A DNA stretch of 64,000 nucleotides, from contig OX597814.1 of NCBI GenBank assembly GCA_951406725.2, positions 55,304,001 through 55,368,000 on the forward strand, in the 5' to 3' direction. The notes beneath the pieces are model-generated. The model saw nothing but the letters and a program-made list of their open reading frames with translations, did not search any database and had not been told where the DNA came from. Of the stretch, positions 11,496-25,649 are shown piece by piece; position 1 is the first letter of the stretch; every line of letters begins with the position of its first letter. The position numbers and the translations under genes were made by a program. The DNA comes from Octopus vulgaris. Its lineage: Eukaryota.

Positions 11496-14400
11496 AATTT
11501 GATTACATTTTGAATGTCCATAACTCCAATAATTCTGCATTTTTCCAGTTAAACTTTTTCGATGACAGAAGATAAATTTTTAATTCTAGAATGTATTTAA
11601 TAAGTGTGTCTCAATCCTGTTTTTTCTCATGGTCAGATCTATGTTGGATGCTCTAGAGATGGAAATCCAGAAAATTTAATCACCTATGCACCTAACGGCA
11701 AAACTAAAAACATTGTGTATCACGAAGCATTTGTGTTTATTCAATGTATATCAACAAAGGATATAATCATCAGTGAGAAAGCCAAGAAACTGCTCCCGTG
11801 TCACTATTAGGAACTTGTAACCAATGACACTACTACCCTAAAACATAATACAATTTTCTTTTTAATTTAAGAATTCATTATCTTTTACTTGTTTCAGTCA
11901 TTAGACTACAGCCATGCTGGGGCACCACCTTGAAAGGTTTAGTCAAACAAATCAACTCCAGTACTTATTTCCAAGCCTGGTGCTTATTCTGTCAGTCTGT
12001 TTGTGACACAGATATTCATAATGATAATGATTCTAATTTCAATTATAACCAAAACACACAATTAAAATACACCCAATACAGAAGTTTAAAAAAAAAAAAA
12101 TGAAACAAAATCAAGCTCATTGAAAAAATCCATGGAGAAGAATTAGCTTTAGGACACATTAAATACAATTAAATGGCAAGTAACAAAAGATTCCCTTCCA
12201 TTGAAAAAAAAAAAATTGATTGTCAGACCAAGCCAAGCTATCAGAATACCTAATAATACTACTGTAAATTTTACATTAAAAATTATTTTCCTAGGGAACT
12301 TTTGCTTCATGCTGTTCCTTTCAAAAAGATTATGCCATGAAAATTACATTTACTGCAGTTGTCAACAAGATTATAAAGAACATACCAATTCATCAAAAAA
12401 AACTTTCATGGAGAAATGGAATGAATTTATAGTAAAAAAAAAAAAAAAGCTGAATTGGAACTCAGATAAAAGGGAAATTATAACCCAATAACTTTGAGAA
12501 TTGTTTTGATCAAAAAGTGATTTAAACTCAACAAACATAATAGACATCTTGTTCTCTGATCTAAAAATACAATAAGTATTCAAAGTTAAATTAGAAAATG
12601 AGAAAAGAAAACAAATTACAAAAAGTTTAAAATACAGAATAGTAAAAGAATGATAGTGCTTCAAAAAACGTGTCTAAAAGCAACATTTTACAGAAGCTTT
12701 TTATTTTTTTTTTTTATTTTAAAGGGAACATGTACATTTGTGTACACAAACTTGATATAAATTTAAATAGCTCTAAACAATCATGATTTATATAATGAAT
12801 CATATACAAATGCAATAACTGACACAAGAAGGTTTAACAAAATATAAAGAGATCAATTGAGGACAATGACTAATCAATGCCATGCTAGAGAAAATAAAAA
12901 ACTCTAAGTAGAAAATAATATACAAGCAAAGCGAAATTCTAGACACAAGGACATCTGGAAATAAGGCAGCAAAGTAAAAAAGTTCAAAGAAAATATGTCA
13001 AAGAAGATTGACATCATGGACATTGTATGTATGTGCAGCCTAAAAGTTGGAGGAAATTGTTTCTAATACCAAAGGAAGCAATCCAGTCTTAGCAAGTGAA
13101 CATTAAAGTTGTTAGAGATTTTTGACTTACGTAACAAACCATCTCTCTTAATAAGTGAAATATAAATAACCATATAAATAACAAAACTGAAGAATACATG
13201 AACACCAGAGATATTATTTCTACTTAATACTAACTGAAAAATCTTGAGCAAAATGGCAGTGTAATAAAAGCATTATAAAAAATAGTTTCACTTTTAAGTA
13301 TTTCTTCTAGATATTAATATATTTTCTCTCTCTCTCTCACATGCACACACACACACACACACACACACAATAGAAAAGCACAATATTCTATTGATATATG
13401 AATTTAGTTGTTTTAAAGAAAAGTTTATTCCAAAGAACTACATCAACAATTAACAATTTCTCAACTAAATTTGAAACAGACTAGCAAATGTAATGGGCTC
13501 TGTAGAGATTCAATTTCCTATTAAAACTGAATGCAAAAAGTGATTATGTACATACTGTTGTAGCACATGCATATCATTCATCACTGAAATTTACTAATGA
13601 AAATTTCATAAACATACCTATAAATGCAAATACTTAACAGTTACTGTTGGTAATCAGTTCTTTTAAAGAGAAGCCGTCTTTCTCAAATAAAAGTGAAACA
13701 TTAAGTAGCTATCCTAACCATTTCTATAGTACTTGCTATAAGCTAAATTAATTCAGTTCATTTATTCTAAATCCAGATCCAACTAAATTAAATAACATAT
13801 TACTTAGTGCTTTTAATTTAATTGTAAATATTAATAATACAACTAATTTGACATAACAAAGAATATTTGGGATGAAGTATATTCTAAAACATGAATGTGA
13901 TGAACAAAAGAATGAAATAGAAGAAATTCAGAGGTCTGAACTGCAAGACAGTAATAATAGCAAGATAGATTACATAACAGATAATGCTATGAATGATCAC
14001 AATATGGAAAAGGAGTCTTTAATAATTAGAAATTAATCACCAACATGATCAAGAATAAAATTTAGTAAACTATTGATACACAGAACACATTTCAGGAGAT
14101 CAAGTTGGAAGAAGAAAAGAAATTTAGATTTTTTTTAATGTATAAATTTTGTTACAGTTGACATTATAATAAATTCTTACAACCCATTTTAACCAGGTCA
14201 GGACCATACAAATATAAATGAAAAATTAGGTTACTCTGGTATTTTAATGATTTCACCTGTCTGTGCCTTACAATTGGTTAAGCTTGACATTAGAATCTAC
14301 ATTAGATAAACCTACACATTTTTAATACTATAATTACAGACTATAACTTTCAGTATTTAGCAAATAAGCTTTATTACATTTAATATATATATATCTAAAA

Positions 14401-15848
14401 AAATATCTTATTGTACACAAAAGAAGATAGTATTGTTAATTAGTTCTTTTCATTAACTTTTAAGCAATTAAAATTAGTTTGCACAGGATAAAACAACAAA
14501 AGAACTTAAAACATTTATTAATTTATGAATATATTGTATGCTAATTCTTAGGAAATATTGAAGCTTATAAATTTATATGTTAATGAACAATTTATTACAA
14601 CTCATTTCTTTACAATGTAATAAGAAAATAGTTCATTAAAAAAGATTTATTTATAATAAATATTATTATTTCAAATATGCAGTAATGGTTACTTTTTAAC
14701 TTATATATTTTACATTATACAGTTTATGATATTAAACATACAACTAACATTTAAAAAAATGAATTTTAATTAGACAAATTAAGAAGTAATGTCACACATT
14801 ATGTTTCACCTTATGTTAATATTTTAATTTCTTTCCTTTTTTTCTTGTTTTGTTTAGGACCTAGATGCAAAAATATGAGGTACTCTAATAATGACTACAG
14901 CATTTAGCATAATCCATTACAAAGTGTACCAAATTCACTGCTAAACTAATAATGATTACATCTTTAACTAAACACAAAGTATTTTCTGGAAGTAGATGTA
15001 ATAATATTGTTTGAAGTATCCTTGGTATTATTTCAATTACAGTAAGGAATGGAAGCAAAATCAATTCAGTACATTTCAAACAGTAAAGCAATACACTAGA
15101 TATTATAAAATAGGTTAAACTTCTTTAGGTTTTGGCTAACTTGAATAATTATTTATCAAGCACAAAGTAGCAACTGAATGGATCGTACTAAATTTCTGAA
15201 ACCACTGGATCATTGGGGCACCATCTTAGTAACTGTTTATGCAATGTATCTAGAGCAAACTGAATGTAAATAATAATAATGTTCTAATGTGCATTAGATG
15301 TAAGAAATTAGCATCAATTTTTCATTTATTTGCATCAAACACTTTAGCAATTTAAAAGGAAAATAAGAAATAAATCACAAAATCAATGAAACCCTTCTTA
15401 AATGAAGTTAATATTTGAGAATGTGGAGAAAAGAAATGAAAACACCAACAAAGCAAACACTAAATCACCACTTGACATACACTGAATGCTTAAGAAATAA
15501 GATTTTAATCATGAACATTTTTAGTGAAATAATAAGAACTACAAAAATAGAAATGCTCAACAGCTGCTCAGAAAAGCTATATGATCTAAAACATCTAAGA
15601 AATAATCACAGAAAGATGAAGACAAGAAAGAAAAATGATGAAAATCAGAAATCTCCAGTTTAAATAAATACAACCCTGGCTTGTGCTCATGCTGGAACAA
15701 ATATAATGAAGCCTGTGTGTATATTTGTTTGTGTGTATGTGTGCTTGCTAAGGCATATGAAACATGGGACATTTGGCTGGTTACTGGACTTGCAACATTG
15801 AGAGCTAAGTTCAAGCCAATCTATTGCTGCTATGTGAGTGGTACAGAC

Positions 15849-15917
15849 CTTGGGCAAGACTATCACAGCTCCCTCGCCGATGGAAGTTAGTAAGACTGCA
15901 GTCATAATCCCATTTCA
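15849..15917 (-). CDS. Candidate 69-nt phase-1 symmetric cassette exon of the MAP2K7-like gene
   Basis: tctctattttttctttaccag|TGAAATGG...GCCCAAG|gtctgt; spliced to exon 1 it reads LKWDYDCSLTNFHRRGSCDSLAQ with no stop; it retains CpGs in a CpG-poor intron. Confidence 0.55.
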
Positions 15918-16147
15918 CTGGTAAAGAAAAAATAGAGACAGCATCTTTCCATCATTCTAGACATACTCAGCACTTTAATGTAACCTCAGAAATTGCATTA
16001 CATGAAGCAGTGCAGTATTTCAGCAAATCAGTAAAGAATTTCCAACTGATAAGCATCATGTGATGAAGTGAAAACAGGGACAAAGCTGTGTTTACATAAA
16101 TTTATAATTATTTGGTGCAAAACAATTGCAATGAGTTCTCAAAGGAA

Positions 16148-16638
16148 ATATATATATATATATATATATAATATATGATATATATATTATATAAAATATA
16201 TATATATATAATATATATGATATATATATTATATAAATATATATATATATAATATATATGATATATATATTATATAAATATATATATATAATATATATGA
16301 TATATATATTATATAAATATATATATATATAATATATATGATATATATATTATATAAAATATATATATATAATATATATGATATATATATTATATAAATA
16401 TATATATATATATAATATATGATATATATATTATATAAATATATATATATAATATATATGATATATATTATAGAATATATATATATATAATATATGATAT
16501 ATATATTATATAAATATATATATATAATATATATGATATATATATTATATAAATATATATATATATATAATATATGATATATATATTATATAAATATATA
16601 TATATATAATATATGATATATATATTATATAAATATAT

Positions 16639-16672
<34 letters not shown>

Positions 16673-16674
16673 AT

Positions 16675-16752
<78 letters not shown>

Positions 16753-16880
16753 TATTATAGAAATATATATATATATATATACACACATATATTATATAAA
16801 TATATATATATATATATATTATATAAATATATACACATTATATAAATATATATACATTATATAAATATATATATATATAT
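16148..16880. repeat. AT-rich minisatellite (~36-40-bp unit ATATATATATATAATATATATGATATATATATTATATAA) decaying into (TA)n
   Basis: About a dozen higher-order units, each marked by a G, visible directly. Confidence 0.9.
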
Positions 16881-17394
16881 TTAATTTTTAAAATGGATTT
16901 AAATTACTTTTTAAAACACATTCTGAGGCTAATGAAATGTCCAAAAAACCATACATTAATTTACTGAGTAAACTTTTTACTTAACACTTAATATTCTGAT
17001 GTGAAAATGGTACAAGTTAATACATGAACAAATAAAGGGAAAATTAGTTATTCAGCCAAAGTTTGATTTGCCAAGCAAAAATGTAGAATGGCAATATTCT
17101 TAAGATAATATGAGATTACTTTGGAAAGGTTTTTTTTTCTTTCCTCTAATGAAAACATTCTAAATTTCAAGTTATTTTAATCTTGATTACATATATGAGG
17201 TTGATAAAACATATTTTCACAATTATAATATAATTCATTTATCATAGTATAATAATGATCTTAAACAAACCGGCTCAGAAAAACAAGGCTTGCCCTGCAA
17301 TTGGGTGGAGTTTAACTGGAGGGCAGAAACTGTAAACACCTTGAAATACATATCAACAAGAGAAAAGGTAAGAAAAAGGGAAGGTGGCACTTAC

Positions 17395-17421
17395 TTGATA
17401 AATTTCAATGATGTGAAGTGT
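17395..17421 (-). other. Candidate 27-nt microexon
   Basis: Long polypyrimidine tract ...ttcacctctccag|ACACTTCACATCATTGAAATTTATCAA|gtaagt; perfect donor; contains an in-frame TGA if entered in phase 1. Confidence 0.5.
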
Positions 17422-17500
17422 CTGGAGAGGTGAAATTGATGCCAGTAAGGGGCAGTAGGTGGCAAAAGGTGAAGAAACAAGACAAAAAGGAAAGAGAAAT

Positions 17501-17502
<2 letters not shown>

Positions 17503-17557
<55 letters not shown>

Positions 17558-17582
17558 AAGAGAGAAAGAAAGAGAGAGAGAG
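17503..17582. repeat. (GA)n microsatellite (CT-rich on the gene strand)
   Basis: Direct inspection. Confidence 0.95.
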
Positions 17583-18283
17583 ATGGGGAGGGGGAAAAGA
17601 GAAAAGAGATAGAGGTATAAAAAAAAACTCAGCAAGATGCAAAAGTTAACTATCTTTGAAACTGAGTATAGTTGACAATGTTTTTGTCACGAATACAGAA
17701 AACTAATAGTAACCACAAATTTCAAAAACCATGAGAACTATCTAAATCCACACATAGATACATAATATATATATATGTGATACAACAAAGACCTAAGCTC
17801 TCCAAAATGTTCAACACTATTACTGCAATAAAAAAAAAAGGAACACCAGCATGTCTCCAACTAAAGTAATAGCAACAATTTATTGTGATAATTTTATGAA
17901 GAGGACAACACTTCATGTAAAGCAACAAATATGAACAAATTATGTTCAAAAACAAACTGACATATGCAAACCCGAAAAACAATCTCATTAAAAAATATGC
18001 ACTTCATAAATGAAATTCCTGGAATTTCTTTCGTTAAGAGAAAACTTTGTAAAGGTGGTGTAGAACATGATAAGAAAATATTTTCTTAATGTTTATAAAC
18101 ACGAATTAGACTATAAGCTACGTATGCCAAAATAAATTTTACTAAAATGACCAAAAAATTTTTATTGATAGGAGTATTCTTGTGGGGTATTATTTTTGGT
18201 TTGTTTATATTTTTGCTGAATTTTGTTTTAAATTTTCATTAATTCTGTCTCAGACAGTTGTAGATTTTCTTGTCAGTGCTTAA

Positions 18284-18496
18284 CTCTTTAGCATTTAAAC
18301 CAGCACTATCTGGCCCAAATATTCTACCTGTTTTATGTTCAAACTATCCAGATCCAACCTTTCACACCTATCATACAATGCCATTCTAAAAGTAACATCA
18401 ACAAAATTTTGAATCTATGCAATAATGCATGATTAATTCAAAACAAACTAAATAAGTAAGCATAACATTTAACAGAGTAATATGAATGCTATAGGG
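18284..18496. mobile_element. piggyBac-type MITE
   Basis: TTAA at both ends, C(C/T)CTTTAGCATT...AATGCTA(A/T)AGGG termini; same family at 19485-19694, 21454-21673 and partially about 8050-8252. Confidence 0.8.
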
Positions 18497-18887
18497 TTAA
18501 ATGCTTGATGACTATTATGACAACATTATTTTGTAAAGACACCTGCACCACATTAAACTGGTTAACAAAGAAATAGTACATTACACTTTTGTTTGTTTTA
18601 AAATCTAAATGATTAGATATAAAAATTCTTCTGTCACTAATAGTGTGAGGTGTGGTCAAAGTAAAAATAACAAGAAATATAAATGATAAAGTTTTGCAAC
18701 TAATTTCTAAAATTAATACAGTCCTCTTTTATAATTTTACATAAGAAAAGTATCTAAAAATGACTATGGAGCTGAACTGAAATATCTTCTGCATTTTTTC
18801 ATGACTTTAAGATGCATGGAATGACTGGTGAAGGTTTATTTTATAGAAATCAATAGACTAGTTCTAAATGTAGAGTATATTGGTGTA

Positions 18888-19100
18888 AAATGTTGGTACA
18901 AGGCCAACAACTTTGGAGAAGGAGGGGTAAGTTGATTACATTGACCCTAATGCTTAACTGGTACTTATTTTTATCAACCCTGAAAGCATGAAAGGTAAAG
19001 TCAACCTCAGCAAAATTTGAAATCAGAACATGAAGATGGACAAAATGTCACTAAGCATTTTGCCCAGTATGCTAACGATTCTGCCAGCTCGCTGCCTTAA
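18888..19100 (-). mobile_element. tRNA-derived SINE (family of the 48171 copy)
   Basis: Reverse complement begins AAGGCAGCGAGCTGGCAGAATCGTTAGCA and contains a B-box-like TTCAAATT. Confidence 0.75.
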
Positions 19101-19484
19101 ATGTAGAGTATATTAACACATTAAATACAGAGACTAGCTAACATTAGAACCTAGGCAATATCCAACACATAATTGTGTATGTCTTTACACTATTGTATAT
19201 ATTATATATATATATTCCTGAAAATATAGCAGGAATTTCCAACTACAAATCCAATCCATACTAACATGGAAAGCAGATGTTAAATGCTGATAATGATTTT
19301 AAACAAAACAAAAATAAACTATTTCCTAAATAAATATCATTTTAGTTGTTTTTTTATATATTTAAACATCTTTATTTTTAATTTCCTTGGAGTCTTTTCA
19401 TAATTTGAAAAGGTTTCTTAATAAAGACAAAAATTTAGAAGTTCTACAGAACTGAAAGTGAAATGACCAAATGGATAAGCTTAA

Positions 19485-19694
19485 CCCTTTAGCATTTAAA
19501 CCAGCCACAGCCAGCCCAAAATATTCTACCTGTTTTATGTTCAAACTGACTAGATCTAGCCTTTCACACCTACTATACAATGTCATTCTAAAAATAAATA
19601 CCCACATGCATGCTATGAGATAATGCATAATTGATTCAAAATATTGTGAATAAACAAGCATTACACTTGACAGGAAAATATGAATGCTAAAAGG
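19485..19694. mobile_element. piggyBac-type MITE
   Basis: TTAA|CCCTTTAGCATTT...AATGCTAAAAGG|TTAA. Confidence 0.8.
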
Positions 19695-21453
19695 TTAAAT
19701 TCAATGGAAACATACTGCTCAAGCTGTGTATCAGTTAATCTAGGTGCAAGAAAAACAAGATTACTTAACTCTTTTGAAAAGTTATCTAGAAGAGATTAGT
19801 GCCCTGTCTCAAGAGAAAATTGACTTATTTGATGCTACAGAAATTCAAAATACTGACCATACTGAAAATGAAACAACTAATGTAATTAAAATTATAATGA
19901 AAATTAGATACCAAACAAAAGAGTAAAGGCTAAGACATGAACTATTAACCCAGAATCTAAGAGTGTGTTTGAACTTTCAAAAACTTTTGTCACTTTTATC
20001 ACTTCTGTAGTTATTTCATTTCCAATTGAAAAAATATTACTTTAATACTCAAATCTTAATATGTTTCAAATGAGACTATAAGTCATTTTGAAAAGTTATA
20101 GAGGAAAATAATGATAAATCTTCTACAATTGCATTTTCTCTTGTCTGTTCTGTTGTCCCAAACAGAGGCAACAAAGAGTAATGAAACTACCTTTTGTTTT
20201 GTGAGATAGAAGACAATACCAATGGTGCTAGTACCACAATGTAATGTACCTAATGCATTCTGTAAGGTGGTTGACAATGGAGCAGAAACATTGTCAAGAG
20301 AACACTTTAGTCATGTCTTGTCTTTATACTCCCTAAAGTGGTTGATGTTAGGAAATGATGCCCAGCCATAGAAATCTTGCCAAACTAAAATATACAGGTG
20401 AGACATGATCACCAACCTGTTTAGGCAAGCATAACTTTGATTTAAAATTGACTCTATGACAATTCATATAACCCATGCCAGCATGGAAAATAGACATAAA
20501 AACAATGATGATGATAAATAGAAATATAACTCACTGAAGTGAAATTTGTTCCCAATATATAAGAAAAATATATTCAAACCAAATGAGATTTTGTTAAAGT
20601 ATATTGATAACAATGGATCTAAATCTAATGAGTGAATAGTAAAATAATGTGAATAACATTTGAAAAAAAATATAAAATCTGCTCTCTTATATACACTTTT
20701 AATTAAATTTACTATTTAATCTAAAGTACTAATGATAAATTATATAAAATAATTAGGTACTTAATTAGCTGTAACAGGAATGAACTGGAACAATTTTGAA
20801 GAATTATGATGATGCACAGAAAGCAATAATATTGCCCAATTAATAATTTTATTAAATTCTCAGCCTTTTATAATACTGGATAACAACAGATTAAATGTTG
20901 AAAATTGATTTCATAATTTACACAGTAAGAGATACTTTTAGGTTTTCTGGATAAATTTTGAAAGTACATTTCTGAAAAATAATAATAAACTAGATTTCAT
21001 TTTATATGTTTCATGTAAGATATTATTATTGTTATTGTTTTTGTTGTTGTAGCTACTTAAAGTAAACAACTGGGTTTAAGACAATGAATTTTACAGTTTT
21101 CTCTAGAGAAACAAAAAATAACTACATCTGGATAATCTACTAAAATTAGCCTAGTACCAACCATTACTACAATGATTTAAAAACAAAAATAAAGCCATTT
21201 CTATTCTGCCTAACTATGAGTCTGATATATGTTTCCTTGTTATTCTGATTTAGGTCATTGTTTGTGCCATACCATCATAGTCATTGTATACGCCATACCT
21301 TTATCTTCCCTAATATGAAAATGTTCATAACTCAAGTTTTGCAATATATGTTGTTTTTGTAATTCAGTATTAGTAGGTAATGTGAAGTTCAATGTGGTTA
21401 TGAGACCATGTTGCTTCTCTGTTTTAGTGACCAATCAATTCATATATCATTAA

Positions 21454-21673
21454 CTCTTTAGCAATTAGGTTTCTCTATCAACTGTAAGGTATATTTATCC
21501 AAATTGATTTGAATTAATCATACATTACCTTATAGTTTTGAGATTTCAATGACGTGATAGTTTATTTTTAGAATAATATAGTAGAGTAAGTAGGAGAGGT
21601 CAGATTTGGCCAGTTTGAAGATAAAACAAGTAGATTATTTTCATTGGATATGACCAGTTTAAATGTTAAAGGG
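21454..21673. mobile_element. piggyBac-type MITE (opposite orientation)
   Basis: TTAA|CTCTTTAGCAATT...AAATGTTAAAGGG|TTAA; interior is the reverse complement of the 19485 copy. Confidence 0.75.
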
Positions 21674-23009
21674 TTAAAGATTCTGATAGAGGCTCCAGCA
21701 AAGACAAATAAAGAAGACTCAGTTTAGAAGAGCCTTATTTAGTGGCAGCTACAGACAGAATTAAGGCTTAGTGTGTAGCAATCAATACTATGGACATTTT
21801 TATGAAATCTATTTTTCTGTTTGTAATTAAAGGCTTGAAAACTGTATTGGTAGCTGTCCAGTCTTCTTAAGTATTACCGATATGTCATAGGCTGAGTAAG
21901 AACTGCATGAGCTGGAACTGACCCTATATAGAGTACAACTTTTCATTGGATAAACGGTTTTTAATATTAACATTTTTGGTTTCACTAAGTACGTTGTATA
22001 TGAGGAGAATAATTGGTACATATTATATTAGTGAATTTCAAAGTTTATAATGTTTTCAGCTTAATGAAATAGCTGTCTCCAATCACGTCTTCTTTATCAT
22101 CCATATTTTGTATTCTGATTGATAAAAGTGTATCACAGATGCCGAATTAAATAACTCAAGAAGCAGAGTTTAGTGTTTCAGCATCAAGAAATAAAGTGAT
22201 ATATCTATTATAATGAACATATCTTCAATTCTTATAAGTAGTTTTTTTTTTATTTATGATGTCTGTAAAACAGAAGCATAATCTGGTCTTTGAAAGGATC
22301 CAACTTGAACTTTGACATATTGTTTACAATATACAACTTTCCCAGCTCATTACAGTAATCAATTAAAAAAGGAAGATTTGGTAACAGCTAACAAGATTAG
22401 GCAAAAAGTGTAAAATATTACACTATATTTTTATAGCTTCTAAAAGAATCAGTACTTGAATTATGTAATATATGCATATATTTCTTTTTAATTTCCAGTG
22501 CATAGCAGATATTGAAAAAAAATTCTGTATCCTTATCATACATTTGAGAAATATAAAAATCTTAAAACCTCACTAAGCCTTACTGACATGTTTAGTTCAT
22601 TGGGAGTAATCAGGAACTTTTCTATAGGCAATATCATTGATATTCATAAGTGGATATAAGAAATAGAAGTTCCTCAGACTGACTATCAATAAGCAGACAC
22701 TTTAAATACACTAAATGGAGAGAAGCTATTGTATCTCAAAAATTGTAGCAATTATACATGTCAGTTGCATGATGAAATGAAAAGTGAGGAGAATGTACAC
22801 TATTTCCAAGATAAAATGTGTGTAATGACTTGATAAGTTTAAGAACATGATTTTAATTATAAAATATGTTTACAGTGCAGTGAGATTTTGAATATTAAAG
22901 ATATATTACCAATTACTGATGAAGAATGGATTAGATATAATTTTGTGGGTGTAAAGACGGACTGAGCATAGATAATTTGGAAGATATATATAGGCAAAGA
23001 CACAGGTAC

Positions 23010-23620
23010 AGACATAGCTGTGTGGTCTTGGGTTCAATCCCACTGTGTGTTACCTTGGGCAATTGTCTTCTACTATAGCCTTGAGTTATACAAAGCCTTG
23101 TAAATGGATTTGGTAATGGGAAACTGAAAGAAGCCCATTTTAGGGCATCCAGCCATAAAACCAGGCCAAAGTAGACCTCACTGATGCTATTTAGATAGTG
23201 CTAAATAGCACCCAATCCACTTTGTAAAGTGGTTGGCATTAGGAAGGGCATCCATCTGTAAAAAGCTTGCCAAAACAAACAGTGGAACTTGAAACATTCC
23301 TCTGGCTTACCAGCTCTTCTCAAGCCATCCAACCCATTACAACATGGCACACAAAGATTAAATGATGATGTATATATTACATGTGTGTGTGTGTCTATAC
23401 ACACATGTGTGTTACTCTCCTTGCCTTGACTCCATGTGATAGTTGTAAATTAATGCCAACATCATGCAAGCAGTGTCCTTTGTTTCCAATTTCCTGTGAA
23501 ACATGGCTAGTCATGGAGGAAATATTACCTTGCTTGGCTGTAGAAAATCCACCTCAATAAATTTCATCCAACCCATGTAAACATGAATGAATGGACATTA
23601 AAATAATGGCAATGATGATA
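23010..23620 (+). mobile_element. Cluster of decayed SINE/retroposon fragments
   Basis: Matches repeats elsewhere in the window (GGTTCAATCCCACTG...GGAAACTGAAAGAAGCCC; GGAAGGGCATCC...; GATGATG tails). Confidence 0.65.
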
Positions 23621-25649
23621 TACCTATATCTTCCAAGTTATCTATACTCTGACCATTTTCTTAACATCTCAAATATTTTAAGTGTGTGTAAGAGACTGGA
23701 GCAAACTTGATAATTTTACATTAATTCCGGCTAGATAATGGAAAATGGGTTAATGTTTAATCATAGTCATGGGTGGGAGAGAGGGTAGCCATGATACAAA
23801 AGTAACTGCCTCAACCATAAGATGCAAAATAATTTACCAAAAGACTGAGAAGACACTACTACAAACTCATGATTGATGATGCTCGGATTGATCCCTCAAT
23901 AATTAAAACAAAAGATGTTCTTTTCACAAAAACTGCCATGTTCATCCTGTATTCCATTTTGCCTTTTTCTCCAAACCAACTGACTCTATTCCACCTCACT
24001 CTAAGTTTCCAGAGTTTCTTTCTACCCATACTGTAACATTATACCATACCATACTGCAAAACTTTCTCACTACATCTCTTTCTGACCATCACATCAGTTC
24101 CAATAATAATTTCAATCAAAATGTGCAGAAGACCTGGTCAAGCTATGCAACTGTAGTAAAATGTTGACAAAGATGATTTCACATTTAATATTAAACTTAA
24201 CAACTTCACATAAATTTTCCAGTTATTCCATACCAAAAGGCTCTTTCTAGATAGATTAAAATATTTTCCTTCAGAATAAAAAAAATAATATAAAATAGAT
24301 TACTTATTTAAGCTTAACAGATACATGTAGAAACAGCTAAAAAACAATAGATATGTGGATGAGATGCTGATTCTATAATCACAAGTATTTGGTTTTCAGT
24401 TTCAACTGCAGACCTATCTTTTAAAATGAGACAAATTAATACTATTTGTTCATCAATACCTAAATAAAGAATAAATGACTAGCCTTCTTATATGTTTATT
24501 ATCAGCTGTTATCATTTTCTTCAATTTTTATCCATATAGGCATAGGATGGACAAATCTGCAATGCACCATCTTTCCAAGTATTTGCAAACAGTGTCCTTT
24601 CATTCGAGAGTTCTAGCTTTTTAATGCCTACCTAAGCCTTTATCATGTCTTTTATATCTTTCACTTATATACTCTCTACAATCATCTCAAAAAGAAAGTA
24701 TCATCCCTCTGCACAAGTGTATTTGGTTTCCTTGCATATGTAAGCTCACTCATTTGAAACTGAAATCATTAAAAAAAATTTTTGCATGTAATTTATCTCA
24801 GAAGTTCACATTGAGCCATCAAAATTCTTCCATAGTACATTCATTCCCAATAAATTTACCAAGTTTCATCATGAACATTCTAGAAACACTAGTACATGGA
24901 AATGGTATATTTAGCAACACATTTTTGACACAGACATCATACAGCCAATGGCTCATGTGGTGAGAGAGAAAAGCAAACTTGAATTTTGAATTTCTGTAGT
25001 CTATACAACAGCACTAGTTATTTTTGTGAAACTTTAATCTTTGATAGATTTTGGAAACCCAAACTTTCATACTTCAAACTTGGTATGCATTAACTTGACT
25101 GATTTGCAAGTGCCTACATTTATTCCTAAACTAATTTGTAACAGCTTTGAAGTAAAATAAAGAAGGATGGAGCTCCAAGTAAGCTTTGGCACTTCACTAA
25201 GTATATTGTTGATCATCAGTTTGCTCGTCATTCCCTAAAATAAGGACTGAACAGATTTCAGAAACAATTCATCTATATCTACTTTTCCAATTGCCCATTA
25301 GCTTATAAAACATATTTTTTTGCAGATATTACAGTTTAGTCAGGAGAGGAGAGGCAGAACCCATTAACTTTCCAAACCTTTTCACGTGGCAAGGATGATA
25401 GTCAAATTGAATTCCTGTAGATTATTGCTGGGAGGAGAATAAAGGAATGAAACAAACTAACATGGGAATCTCTATACAGTTATTCAACTGAGAGAAATAG
25501 CTGTCAAATTTCCTTCAACCACACCCTATAGTCTCAAACTAGAAAAGTAACTAAAGAAATATTACATAGCTCTAGATTCACTGAGCAAAAAATAATGATG
25601 GGATAGTCATAACTCAAACCCTTTTGACCAAAGCTATCCATTAACTAGA

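Noticed and set aside
16148-16640. Regularly spaced repeat superficially like a CRISPR array
   Set aside because: No unique spacers, almost pure AT, eukaryotic context and no cas genes.
21827-22021. Minus-strand peptide ISVILKKTGQLPI resembling MKK7 EIMKQTGYLTI
   Set aside because: No suitable donor follows, a stop comes a few codons later, and flanking residues do not match; probably chance.
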